This document shows, piece after piece, positions 50,053 through 62,950 of a DNA stretch of 63,989 bases. The DNA is taken from contig CM119268.1 of NCBI GenBank assembly GCA_051294375.1, positions 8,103,468 through 8,167,456 of the forward strand, written 5' to 3'. The notes beneath the pieces are model-generated. The model was not told the origin of the DNA, did not search any database, and saw only the letters and a program-made list of their open reading frames with translations. The DNA is from Paraspadella gotoi (taxonomy: Eukaryota > Animalia > Chaetognatha). The translations under genes were made by a program, and so were the position numbers. Numbering within the stretch: the stretch's first letter is position 1; every line of letters starts with the position of its first letter.

Positions 50053-51528
50053 TCAATCGTGGGGCGCAAATGGGTTGGTTCCATCTTGTCCCTGCTCGTC
50101 GTAGCCGTGATCGTAGTAGCCCGTCGATGAATCCTGGCAAAGGAAGGAAAAAATGTATGGCAACACGCTTTTTACAAATAAGTAATACATTTATTAACTA
50201 ACAAAACGACGCAAGGGTTAAAAAAAATAACAAGCGATTCCGAACACGATGATTTAAACTAGAATGTCATTTTTTTTTTAAATAGTGAAAATGTTAATCA
50301 ATGCAAAGCCTCTGGAGTTAAAATTGCGTTTTGAACTTGTTAGAAAAGCCTAAATCAATGCGAATGAACAAAAAATGAGGTCACGACGAATTGTAAAAGT
50401 TAAAAACGTGAATTTGAGAATTCGGTGGCAAATATTTTGAAAGTCGGGACGGTAACTTACTCTGGGGTCGGGACTATGTAAGACTTTCTTTTGTCTAGTT
50501 ATACCATCTCTTTTCGTTCGAAGAGAATTCGGATCGAAATAGTCCTCAAAATAAAGTCGATCCGCCGAGGAATTCGAGTTTAATTCGGCCGACGCGGCCA
50601 AGTCGAAACACTCGTCGTTGTCGTCGTCGTCGTCGCCATGGTCACGTGCGACGCCGACGACGACGCCGGTCGCGCCGTCAGCGCCCTCTTTCGTCGCCGC
50701 GACATCCTCGATATTTTCGTAGTCGTGTCTTTGCTTTCCTTCGTTCAACGTCGCCACGAAATTTCTAATCTTTTCTTCGTCGTCTTGGCGTCTTTTGTTC
50801 GGGATCGAATTCAACGGAAAATGATTCTGCGAGGCGACGATGAGCGGCGCTGTCGTGTCCAAAGCGCGAAAGCTTATGCTGGGGCAGCGGCGGTGCCTCG
50901 CCCTTCTGGCGGCGCGTTTACACTGTCTACGCCTCCACCGCCGACGGCTCCGCCCGCCGATTCTTCCGGTCGATATTCCCCCCGGCGGTCGGTGTCTTCG
51001 GCGCCGATCGTCGACTCTGAATTCTCGTCTCGGCGGCGGCGTGGGCGGACGACGCTGTCGTCGAGACGGAGCCGCGGCGGCTGCGGCGTGGTCGGGGTGA
51101 CTGGGATTTCGGCGTCGTGGGGGCAGTTTTCGCCGACTCAGCATCCAAAGACGCGACGGAGCAGAGAGGCTGCGCCGCGTTTCTTGGCTAAATCCCCTTT
51201 CATCGTTTTCCGACCGCTGACGATGATCAACCGCGGCTGCGGCGGCTGCGGCGGCTGCGGCGGCGGCTGTTGTAGTCGTCGTCGTATTTTTTCTCAATCT
51301 CAACATTTTTTGCCACAAGAGGCGTGGGTGTCGCCTTCGTCGACGCTTGAATGAGGCTTCGCTTGGTAAAGTACGATACGTTACTCCGGGGAAGGAATGG
51401 CTCTTTTGTTTTCGTTTTGTTTTGGAAATGCGTTTTGTTTTTGTTTTAGTAAATTTATCAAAGTAAATTTATTCAAAAATCACGACAAACACGACCGACG
51501 ATAACAAAAATGGAAAAGGAGAAAGAAG

Positions 51529-51587
<59 letters not shown>

Positions 51588-53350
51588 ATGATGGGGGACA
51601 TGAAAAGAAGAAAGGACGGAAGGAGATTTTGTTATTCCGATCGGTTGTGTTTTGATTCTCGTTCGGGAGCATCGACCGACTTTATTTGGTTCCGGGAGTT
51701 TTGGTAAAAAGAACGAACGAACGATCGAAACAAAAGAACAATGGATAATAACAAACATAAAAGTGAACTAGCAAACAAAGTAACCCGGCTCATAAATATT
51801 AAAATTAAACATACTTGTCGTATAGGCGGTCTGTTCCCACGTCGCACGGCGTTCTCTTGGTAACCCCGGTGGTCGCGGTCGCGTTGATAACCGTCGCCGG
51901 AAACGTTCCCGTTGCTAGGAACTCCGCCGTTGCTTGGAAGAGTTCCGTTGCCAGGCACGCCGCTTCCAAGGGCGTCGCTGGCGTAGTCGTAGCCGTGTTC
52001 CTTCGCCCGTCTGACTTTGGTCGCGTGAATCGCCTCCTCCGTGGACGCGTAGTGGACCTGGAATGGAAGTTGTGGGCGAGTGTGGTTGGGTAGATGTGGT
52101 TTTTGTGGGTCGGGGGAGTTGAATGCCCTCCTCGGCATCGACCAACCTGCGTGACGACCGTCGCCCCGTAGCTGGGGTCGTGATGCGACGTCGTCGTCGT
52201 CGTCGTCGTCGGCGACGTCGCGTTTTCCCCCTCGAAGGGTCGGTACTTGTAAATGTTTCTGTTGAAGAGGAGCAGAGGAGCGAATCCCACGTTGGTCACG
52301 AAAATGATCACATTTAACCAAACGAAGCCGATTTTCGAGACGATTTCTCCCGCCACGATTGGGCCGAACGCGTAGGCCAGGCTGAATTGAAGGGGGGGGA
52401 GATGAATGTGGAATAATTGGATAGGAGGTCGATGAATCAATGAACGAGATCAATTAAAGCGGGAAAAAATGGACAGAAGGGAGACAAAAAAACCATCGAA
52501 AATTAAATATAAAATACATTTTCTGGAAAACTTGAGGAAATTCATATTCATTCAATCGACAGTGACATTTACGTAGGTTGCCAGAAATGACTAAACCATT
52601 TGATTAATAAAAAAATATATTTTTGCAATTAGCTAAGCAATAAGCATGAGGAAGTCCTAATAAACTTAAATTTTTAAAAAAGAATACGGACGAACGGCAA
52701 CACCGAAAAAGAACAACACCGAGGACTACGAACAAAAACCAAAGAGACAACGATCCAAAACTCTCGCCCAAAAGCCTCACCACACTTCTTGCGCAAACCT
52801 GTAAGAAATGTCGGCGATGGCGTAGACGCTTCCGTAGACGGAAGTGTGTCTGGTGTCGACGATGTAGCCGAGCGTCGGGAGAAGCGCAGTGTCGATGAGG
52901 GCGATGCCCCAACAGATGCCGCAGATGGGAAGAACGAGGCCCCAGAAGGATCGAGGGAAGGGGATCAAGAGGCTGGTGGGTGGAAAGAGATCTCAGAAAA
53001 TGGCTTCAGTTAAACAATCGGACCATCTTACGTAAATAAACGGGAATTAGTAAATATATCTATCACTAATGGCTTTTGGCAATTATCCTATAAATAGATA
53101 AATCAATCAAATTAATCAAAATACCTGCAAATTCCTTCGGTGCTGAGTCCCACGGCGGCCATGAGCCACTGGTAGTTGGGATACTTCTGCGCGAGTCTAA
53201 CGGTCATGTAGACTCCGAGGACGTGGGGAATGAAGGAGGGAAGCCACACCAGCCCGATTGCCCATTCGTCTGGGTTTGTGATAAGTGATAACAGTGTGAT
53301 GCAGTGAGAGAACGGAATGAATCCGCGCGAAAGATACAAAAAAGATAAAA

Positions 53351-53407
<57 letters not shown>

Positions 53408-56400
53408 CGGAGACCGGGGGTCTAACTTTGTAAACTTAAGACATTTTAAAATGAGTCATCGTGGTTTTGAAAACTGACCCGCTTTGAGTTTGTCCTTCAT
53501 CCAAATTGCGATGGTGGGTTCGATGAATGCGAGGGAAACGTTGGACATGGCGAGGGCGCCTGGGGACGGAATTCCGCCATTTCCAAACATTACGTCTCTT
53601 TTAAATATTCTTGAATGATCTATGATTACCTGCACAAACGGCAATATGCGGGTCTGCAATCAAACGCCATATCGGCTCCCCTGAAGAAAAGAATTTTCTT
53701 TTTAATATTCTTACGATTAGGACTCATCTCTTTCGTTCCTTTGTATCTGATAATTTTGTTTTTATCTCAATGTTTGCAACGAACGCCTTACAAACTCTAT
53801 TGCCCTTTAGTAAATTAATTTGGATTTCATTTAAATTAATTTAACGTTAATTTTCTCCTCAACCATCGCAAACCTTTTTCACCCCCTTCCCCACTAAAAA
53901 CCACCATTTTTACAGCCACCCACCTTTTGGCTTTTCCATGTTCTCTATCCTTGCCGCTTTCCTCTCAGGTCGCGTCACCAGCAGCATCAAGAATCCGTCG
54001 AAGAGACACACGATGGCGAGGATTATGAACGGCACCTCCTTCCCGCCGAATTGGTAGAGGATCCCGCCGAAGGGCGGCGCCACGAGGCACCCGAAGGAGA
54101 TGCAGGCCAGGGCGATGCCGAGCGCCTTGGTGCGTTGGCCCTCTTCGTTGTATCTACGCGGTGTGACAGGATTTATATATAACATAAGCTAGATGTAGAA
54201 TTAGGCCTAAAATTCAAATGAAACAAAGAGAAAGCTTTTGTTTTTTAAAACGTTTCTTTTGAAAAAATATAAACTTTAAACAAAATATAGCCGGAAAAAT
54301 ACAAAAACCAAGAAAAAGTTATTTTAAAAAAAATAGGACTTAATTTTGAATTAATATTTTCGACTTTAATTTCGATTTTCAACTCATCTTCTCGTTCAAA
54401 ACTCTTTCCGCTTAGTGACAAGACATAGCTTTAAAAACCGGCTTTACCCACGTTTAAATTTTGAATTTAATTATGAAAAATTGAAAAAGCCGANNNNNNN
54501 NNNCGTTTAAATTTTGAATATAATTATGAAAAGTTGAAAAAGCCGAAAAACGAAAGTGAATTATATCGCGGGTTTTTTACCGTTAGCTATCATCTACGCT
54601 GACGATGCTGGCCATCGATAAAAGTAAGCTAAACGCTGGGTGCCAAAAAAAGAATAATGCACTTCTTTTATTTATTACTCAATTTGATCACCACTTCCTT
54701 TTTCAAAGGCCTCACGACGGACGTGAAGACAGAAGCGTCGGTCCAGAATGAAGGTGTAGAGACGGACCTCGTCGGTTGGGCCGATTCCTTTGCCATCAGA
54801 GTCATCACGTGAGGAGAGCGACGGAGGAACAGACAGACCGATCACACATTTTGATTGACCAATTTCAAATTATTTTTTTTTTCGTCAGGAGATTCTTAAC
54901 CGATGCAAAGCAGGATTTTTCACCGGAGGATCGAGTTTCCCCAAGAAAGATTACGACAACATCGCGTTGGAGTCCATCGTCAATCTTGGCGTCGGCGGAG
55001 AAGACGCGTTGCGACAAAGACGTCCTCGGGAGCGCGGACGCGTCGAAAGTGGCGCCGTTGTCGGAGGAATCGTCAGAAATTAAATCGTCTACGGATATTA
55101 CAGCGGGAGGGGAGGAAGACTCTGACGTTGAGGTGCTGGCCGTACTGACCCGTCCTAAAAGTAAATCTAAGAAAGTCGCGGAACCGAAAAAAGCGTCGGC
55201 GAACTCATTGGAATGGCATTCCCCAGGGCCGTACGTTTCCCAGCGCCACACTTTGGCGAGCCACGTTCGGCCGCTCCACTCATCCGCGCCGCAGCCGCTA
55301 AACTCTACACCGCGCCAAAATCGGCCGATTAGTCAATCACTGCCGCTGGCTCCTGACACCGACTCTGCATCTACTCCAGAAACGGAAAGAATAATCCAGA
55401 AAAGGCTCTCGCGTTTGTTCTCCTCTCCCGTCAAAGCGGCGTCGTCAAAAGCGGCGTCGCTCGCCCTCTTGCGACTCTCCCTCGCCGAGGACGCCGACTT
55501 TCGCGCCGTCATTCTCCGACGCAAGGAGGAATTGAGGCTCGAGTTAAAGGCGTGCGCGGGAACGGAACCCGCGGCCCGGCGATGTTCGCTCCAGATCTCT
55601 CAACGCGACATGTGGATCGCATATTTGACATTTCGAATCAAATTGACGAGCGCGGTGGTATATGACGAAGGCGTGGCAGCGAGTATCATCGGACGAGCAG
55701 AAGTTCTAGAAGAAAAAAAGTTTACTTTCCCCTTCAACGTAGACCCGCTCTCGCTCCTTTCAACACTATTGAGACGCGTCCCATTTATCAACGATCAAAA
55801 ACTCCCGGCCGTCTCCCAGAAAAGGAGCGACTGTCTGCGTTTCACCCTCGGGTTCATTCGCTCGCTCGAACGTGACTACGGAATCGAATTGCTGCGCGCG
55901 GAGACGTGGATCGGCGTCCTCTCCAGCGATAACGTGGAAATCAGGAAACGCGATATGGAAATCTCCTACTGGAAGATGTGGATCGCGACTTTTGGTTTCG
56001 CCGCGGCATTGATCGAGACGACCGTGACGGACGGTGGGCGTGGCGACGAATCGAAGCTCGGTATGGGACGGGAGGCCGAGACGCGGTTGGTGAAGGAGTT
56101 GCCTCAACTCGGGAGGTCGAAGACCGCGACGCCGCAAATCGGAGGGCCCAAGTCGGCGTCGCACTCGAACGCGATTAAGAATTACATGGCGAATTTTGCA
56201 CATCTGTTGCAGAAAGATAAGGACTCTCCTCCAACGACGGGTTGGAACCTGTTTTCGCCGAATAAGATGCAGCAGATGAATGGTGGGTTCGAGCAGCTAG
56301 CTCTTCAGCGAATTGCCAAACGACAGTCGATGCAGCAATATTTGCTGAATCCGTCGCCGCCTGATCAAGATTCCTTTCAAGAGCCGACAGCAAAGCGACA

Positions 56401-59400
56401 AAAAATGACGCCGTCAATTTGAGCGCTGAACTTCGTTCCTCTGCTTAACTCGATGCCCAACCCGATGCCAAACTCCTTGTCGAACATGATGCCAAACTTT
56501 AACGCAATGCCAAACTCAATACACAACGCTTTGCCTTCGATACCTGACTCGATCCTGAACGGCGAACAAAATGAGGGACCAAACCCCATGCCCATCGTGA
56601 TTGTAAACCAAATACCGAATGGGCTGGCAAATCAGTTGCCAAACGTGATGACGAACCAAATGCCAAAGTCATCGCCACTCGTGATGCCGAAACAGATGCC
56701 GATCCAAATGGGGTAAGTGCAAATTCAGCGACCGATTCCGCTGGCGTCGATAGACAAATAGTTTCGACCGTGAAGCAGCAGCCGGACCCGACGCGGCAGC
56801 TGTTACGAACGAAGTCGCAGCATCAGCAGTCGCCGCATTGAACGGATTGAACAGCGTTTTTTCGAATCTTTCAGCAAGTTTTGAGGAGTGTTGAGACAAT
56901 TTAGAGGAGGCGCTGGTAACGAAAACGTCCTCAAAACAGTGCATTATACGTAAATAATCGATTTGAAGTTTGGTTTTGACAAATTTCATTTTACTTATTT
57001 CCTATTACATTAATACGTGTTTATACGTAGTTACTTTGATGTTTTGAATTTTGTTTGCACAAACATAGCGCTAAGCAAATTAAGCATTATATATTTAAAT
57101 ATTTAACACAAAATATATTTAAATATTAAACACAAAAATATTTTAACAAATAAATATAATCTAAATATATTATTTTAAATCTAAAAAAAAAAAATAAAGA
57201 TTGAAACAAGTAATTTTGCAACTTTCATAAAAAAAATTCGAATATTAAAAAGAATGACGATTACAAACCCAGAACAGAGATGGAGTCTAACCTGTCCGCG
57301 ATCATGGCCAGTCCCGAAGTGTCGGCGAAGGCGGAACCGACTCCTGCAAGCATTATCGTTGCAATTCGATGGAATTACGAATTTAAGATGAAATGGGGCG
57401 CTTTGAGAAAAACAAGGCCTGTATTTCGTTATGTCTTACCTTGACAGGCCCGGGCGAAAAATAGGACGCTGTAGGATTCGCCGATCGCGAACAACGAAGT
57501 TGACAAGAACATGATGGTGAGGCCGAGCATCATCGGGTAATCGTAACCTGAAAACCAAGCGGAAGGAATTGATAAAAGTTGTTGGAATTCGAAAAAAAAA
57601 TATGGGAAGGAATGAACAAATAAATTATCGAGCTTTTGCATGTAATCAAATTTGATTGATGCACGAAAAATTAATATTCATAAATTTATTTATTCAATCA
57701 TTCTTTCATTAATTTAATAAAATAATTATCAAACTTAAATATTCTTTTCTTCACGACTTTCACCTATCCTGTCGATGGCGGCCCCGCTGAATGGATTGAC
57801 GAGCAGCTGCACCATGGCTTTGGAGGCGAAAAGGAATCCCAGGGAAATGTCTTCGTTCTCGTACTCGACCCTCATGGGCTTTATCTTCTCCCAAATCTTG
57901 GGTGAGATTCCGGCGCCGGGTTGCAGACCTCCCGGCGCCCCGNNNNNNNNNNTGCAAGACTCGGAAGAGTTGGCGTCGAGGGTCGGCACCGGCGGCGGCG
58001 GAAGCGTCGGCGGCGGCGGCGACTCGATCACCTTTGATCCGGCGAGACAGGAAGGGCGGGAGGGTCGTGGAAGGCGCGGGTTGGATGGTTGTTGGTGGAT
58101 TGGATGGTTGTCGTTGGTTTGATTGTTGTGGTTGATTGGATGATTGTGGTTGATTGGATGATTGTGGTTGATTAGATGATTGTGTTTGATTGGATGATTG
58201 TGTTGTAGGAATGGACGAGATTTGATTGGGAGTAAGGGAAAAAAAATAAGTTGAAGGACGAATTAGGTGAATCGAACAATCATCGACGGGTTTTGTAAAT
58301 CTTTCCCACTCAGACTGACAGAATGATGGTTACATTGGTTAGAACGGCCGAACTTCTCCGATAGATTATTTGCTAACATTGCTTGTGCTTTTGCCTACAA
58401 ACTACTAGCAACTAAGTATGAACTATCACGTAAACTATTAATCGGGCGTGTAATGGTAGCAGGAGTTATGGCCGAGACGAGAAAAAGTTCTATTTAAAAG
58501 CGTTCTTATATTTAGACTTAGAATTTAAAATAAAGTTCTCGTTCCGAGCGAATCTCCCCGTAACCGGCCAGCTTACATACATGCGGAGGATCGTACGACG
58601 TTTCTAGATAAGATTTCCGCATGCGCTCGTACGATTCGAGCCAAGGGGGGTGAGAGATGGAGGAAGAAAGGGAGGAGGAGGAGGGGGTGGAGGGAGACGG
58701 GAGGAGGAAGGGCGGAGAGGAAGGAGAGTCGGAGGAGGTGGGAGTAAAGGGGGCGTGGGTGGTTCGATGTCTGGGGCAGATGCATCGAGCGTAGCGAAAC
58801 TCGGGGTCGATATTAGATGGAGTCTATTGCACGCGGTGCGGAAGGGGAGGAAGAGGAAGAGGAGGATAATGTTATTCAGGCTACTAATATACTCTAAGTA
58901 CTGCCGGGCCTCGATACGTTTTATGCCGCTGCTCACCCACCGCCTCCTCGCACCGGTAGCTGCTTTCCTGGCCAAACGCTGCGATGAATCGCTCCTCGAG
59001 GTCTCCGCTAGCGCGACGTATACAATACTCCGTATGGCATCAAAGCATGGGTGTCTGACCACACGCGTATAGCGGCTAAGTTCTAAAAAGAGTACGCTAA
59101 AGCTTTCCGAAAGTCGGAAGGTGCTCTAATTTAAAAAAGTGATTGAGGGATGAATACGCAAAACGATTGGGCGCTAATCTCAGCTCGCGTGCCACGGCTT
59201 CATGCAAGCGTGTTTACACGGCTTCGCAACAAAATTAGTTTCAAGATGATTTAGAAATTGTAAAAAAAAAAATGTTATGATTAAAATTTATTGCGACGGC
59301 CATGAGTCACGATATGAACTTTTTAAAACAGGCACGAGGATACAACTTGCACTTGGAACACATTCGCACGGGAATAAAATTCATTGCCTTCTTGCGAAAC

Positions 59401-60020
59401 GTCAAATGTTCTCCGTCTTCCTGATAACGAAAGAAAAATCGATAAAAGGGCAACGACGTTTGTGAAAAGTTCAATTTGAAAAAAAAAAAAAAAAAAAAAC
59501 CTGCGGTTTGTGATCGCTGACGATGAATTTAAATTAACCTGATAAGTGACGTTCTCTGGCCCGCCCACTATATGCGTGTCGTATGCGCCTATCTTTCTCA
59601 AGTAATCCGGAATCACGGGGACGATCACCATGTACAGCATGTTGTCCAACAAAAGAGCGATGCACACGATTGTTAGCACCAGATGACGCTGCGCCTGAAC
59701 GTTTAATGTATAAAGGAAGCCTTTTACTCTCACATCCGTTGCCCCTTTCCCTCCCTTGAAAAAAAATTACCCACCTTGGGGTCATAGATTTTCTCTTTGG
59801 CCTGGGATTTCATTTTTTGTAGTTTCTCAATGTCTTCCTGTGTCATCCCTAAATTTAAATTCTTTGAATGAGAGTTATTTAAATAAGTCTAACAGAAGAT
59901 TAAATGAGTTAATGAATATATATATAATCAATATATTGACAAATCAGTTACGAAAACTTGTTAAAGATAAAAATCTTTTTCTTTTTAGGGTTGTGGAGAT
60001 CCGAGATGGATAACTTGTTA

Positions 60021-60052
<32 letters not shown>

Positions 60053-60423
60053 GTAAAAAATTCTTAAAAAATTTTCGAGACAGTCGTCATTTCAACCGCA
60101 CCCGGAATGTCCTCCAGATTGGGCATCTTGAACGGCGACCGCAGCGGCGACTTCAGCGGCGACGACTTCCCTCTCTCCGCCTCAGGAGGGATGGCCAGGT
60201 GGGTGGGCGTTCCCTGCGCCGGCTGCTGCTGATGGTGCTGCTGAGGGAGCTGCTGATGTTGAGGGTATTGCTGATGATGCGGATGTAGCTCATGTTGCTG
60301 GGGATGGTGCGGAGAGCCGGAGTGTTGGGGCTGTCGGGGGGCGCGACCGTTCCGCGGGACGGCGCCGTTGGCCGCAGCCGTGCCGCGAGGGCTGTAGGCG
60401 GGCGGTGGATCCGATTCGTTCAT
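50053..60423 (-). CDS. VAChT: Vesicular acetylcholine transporter (SLC18A3/unc-17), about 15 coding exons, about 876 aa
   Basis: Exons 60423-~60097, 59754-59501, 59075-58937, 58823-58581, 58031-57764, 57547-57440, 57343-57292, 54153-53924, 53680-53630, 53559-53479, 53269-53125, 52972-52799, 52381-52147, 52057-51815, 50133-50053, all in phase. VAChT-type motifs: [67 protein letters not shown]. The first donor, the loop exons and the last exon are less certain. Confidence 0.93.
50460..51345 (-). CDS. Possible large low-complexity cassette or alternative exon in the last VAChT intron
   Basis: GC-rich open frame (ORF 50350-51318) ending at a strong phase-0 donor CCCAGA|GTAAGT (50460) that fits the 50133 acceptor. 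The 5' boundary is uncertain. Confidence 0.45.
54605..56422 (+). CDS. Uncharacterised ~550-aa protein gene nested antisense in a VAChT intron (3 exons)
   Basis: Exons 54605-54623 (donor GTAAGC), 54709-54808 (donor GTGAGG) and 54889-56422 join in phase, entirely within VAChT intron 54154-57291. It has a SIM-like [11 protein letters not shown], an NLS-like PTAKRQKM and a helical-looking central region. Confidence 0.75.
58118..58203. repeat. ~18-nt tandem repeat in a VAChT intron
   Basis: tgattgtggttgattgga-like unit, about 4-5 copies. Confidence 0.8.
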
Positions 60424-61549
60424 CTGAGTTTTGGGAGAGATCGGGATTGAAAAGGAAGGGATGGGGAGAAAAGGGTGAGGTGGTGAAAAAGTGGGACATG
60501 TGATCTTGCAACAAGCATTTCGTGAAAAAAGGTTTTTTTCGCTCTGATTTTTACGATTCGTCTAATTTGCATAAAGTAGAACCGGGTACAATTTTACAAT
60601 TGATGATGATCAAATTTTTTTGTCAACAGTAAGAAAAAAAAATTGAAACAAAATACAAATTACAAGTTTCAATGTTACAGGAAATTGAGACAAGACAATA
60701 CAAAAACGCACTTCTTTATCTTTTTTGAGGTTTTTTCTTTTTTTTGTTATTCTAGGGAATTTTTTAGTTTTGTTCAGTTCCTTATTCTCTCTCAACACGC
60801 GGTTGACNNNNNNNNNNNNNNNNNNNNNNNNNNNNNNNNNNNNNNNNNNNNNNNNNNNNNNNNNNNNNNNNNNNNNNNNNNNNNNNNNNNNNNNNNNNNN
60901 NNNNNNNNNNNNNNNNNNNNNNNNNNNNNNNNNNNNNNNNNNNNNNNNNNNNNNNNNNNNNNNNNNNNNNNNNNNNNNNNNNNNNNNNNNNNNNNNNNNN
61001 NNNNNNNNNNNNNNNNNNNNNNNNNNNNNNNNNNNNNNNNNNNNNNNNNNNNNNNNNNNNNNNNNNNNNNNNNNNNNNNNNNNNNNNNNNNNNNNNNNNN
61101 NNNNNNNNNNNNNNNNNNNNNNNNNNNNNNNNNNNNNNNNNNNNNNNNNNNNNNNNNNNNNNNNNNNNNNNNNNNNNNNNNNNNNNNNNNNNNNNNNNNN
61201 NGGTTTGGAAATATGCGATGTCTCTGCCTGTTTTATCAGATATGCAGTATGCCTGTTTTGTCAATAACAGAAATAACAAAATTGATAATTGATAATTTAC
61301 AACATTGCAACAATGAGTTTACTTTATCTGTCTGGGTTATAACTAAGTTTCGTAAATAAATTATAAAATAAAAAAATTAAATTAAATTAGTGTTCCCCAA
61401 TTTAAAAAAAAAATAGAAATTTTCGAATACTTTTCGCAGTCTGCATCATTTACGTTTTCCGATCACTCAACTCCTGAAGCAACCGTCATCAATTAAAACT
61501 TCTCCACGCGGACACGCCCCTCTCGCCTAACGTCATTCACGAAAACAAA

Positions 61550-61926
61550 ATGGCGACGGAACCGGAGAAATTTGCCCTCCGACGTCACGATGCGCGACCC
61601 GCGACCGCGCCCTTTTCCGAGATGCCAGACATGCGCATNNNNNNNNNNNNNNNNNNNNNNNNNNNNNNNNNNNNNNNNNNNNNNNNNNNNNNNNNNNNNN
61701 NNNNNNNNNNNNNNNNNNNNNNNNNNNNNNNNNNNNNNNNNNNNNNNNNNNNNNNNNNNNNNNNNNNNNNNNNNNNNNNNNNNNNNNNNNNNNNNNNNNN
61801 NNNNNNNNNAAAAAGAAAACGGCATACGGCGCTTACATACGAAGAAAGGAAGGATTGCGTTTTCGGCGTGGCATACAGATGCAGCAGCATACGGCAGCGG
61901 CTGCATAACGGACGAGACGCGGCGGA
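61550..61926 (+). CDS. Possible first coding exon of a gene divergent from VAChT (gapped)
   Basis: aaaATGGCG start, MATEPEKFALRRHDARP...KRKRHTALTYEERKDCVFGVAYRC...DAA. The noisy copy at ~63350-63655 ends at a GAG|GTAAGG donor. No recognised homology. Confidence 0.35.
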
Positions 61927-62950
61927 NNNNNNNNNNNNNNNNNNNNNNNNNNNNNNNNNNNNNNNNNNNNNNNNNNNNNNNNNNNNNNNNNNNNNNNNNN
62001 NNNNNNNNNNNNNNNNNNNNNNNNNNNNNNNNNNNNNNNNNNNNNNNNNNNNNNNNNNNNNNNNNNNNNNNNNNNNNNNNNNNNNNNNNNNNNNNNNNNN
62101 NNNNNNNNNNNNNNNNNNNNNNNNNNNNNNNNNNNNNNNNNNNNNNNNNNNNNNNNNNNNNNNNNNNNNNNNNNNNNNNNNNNNNNNNNNNNNNNNNNNN
62201 NNNNNNNNNNNNNNNNGAGGAAAATGAAAGAAAAGGCGAAACAGATAGGAATATTAAAGATTAAAAAAGAAAGACTAATAAAAGGGNNNNNNNNNNCAAC
62301 ACGCGGTTGACGAAGCGGTCTTTATTTACTTGTCTTTGTCTTTATCTTTCTTTCTTCTTCTTTTTGTCTCCTTTATTCTCTTTTTTCTCCGTCTTCCTTA
62401 CGTCTCTTGGGGCCGATTTGAGAATTTATGTCCGACGAGAAAATCTAAATTTTTGCTGAAGCAGTTGCATATTTGCATCCTTCGAACACATAAAACTTAT
62501 GAAAAATAGTTTGTTTCACGCATGTACAATTGTACATACGCAATATTTTCTGCAATTTATTTTCTGGTATTATTCTATATATATCATTTGTTCAACGGAG
62601 CGAAAAGACTTTTATGTTATTACACAATCATAAACGAACATTAACAATATCAATTGACGCCATCCTCAATCCTTAAATATGTCCAAGTTTAAAAGGTTAA
62701 GTTTTGTACACTTAACAAACTAGATGGAATAGGTCCAAATTTCGAAACGCTTAATCATCCCATCGCAGCCGATCCGTTTAGAAAATCCTCTTCCATTTTT
62801 TAATTAAAACTTTCGTGTCTCTTCCGTCCGAATGCATCAGTTGTGCGGTCCTATTGCTCATTAGATGGGATAGCAACCACCATATTGGCTGATTGGGTGT
62901 AATATCTTTGGTAGTTATGTTTAGTGGTTGACTTATTAATGATTGATAGG

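Noticed and set aside
50053-60423. Assignment as vesicular monoamine transporter because of the intron-rich structure
   Set aside because: Diagnostic motifs ([37 protein letters not shown]) are VAChT-type.
60643-62264. Long ORFs containing X runs
   Set aside because: Artefacts of translating through N gaps.
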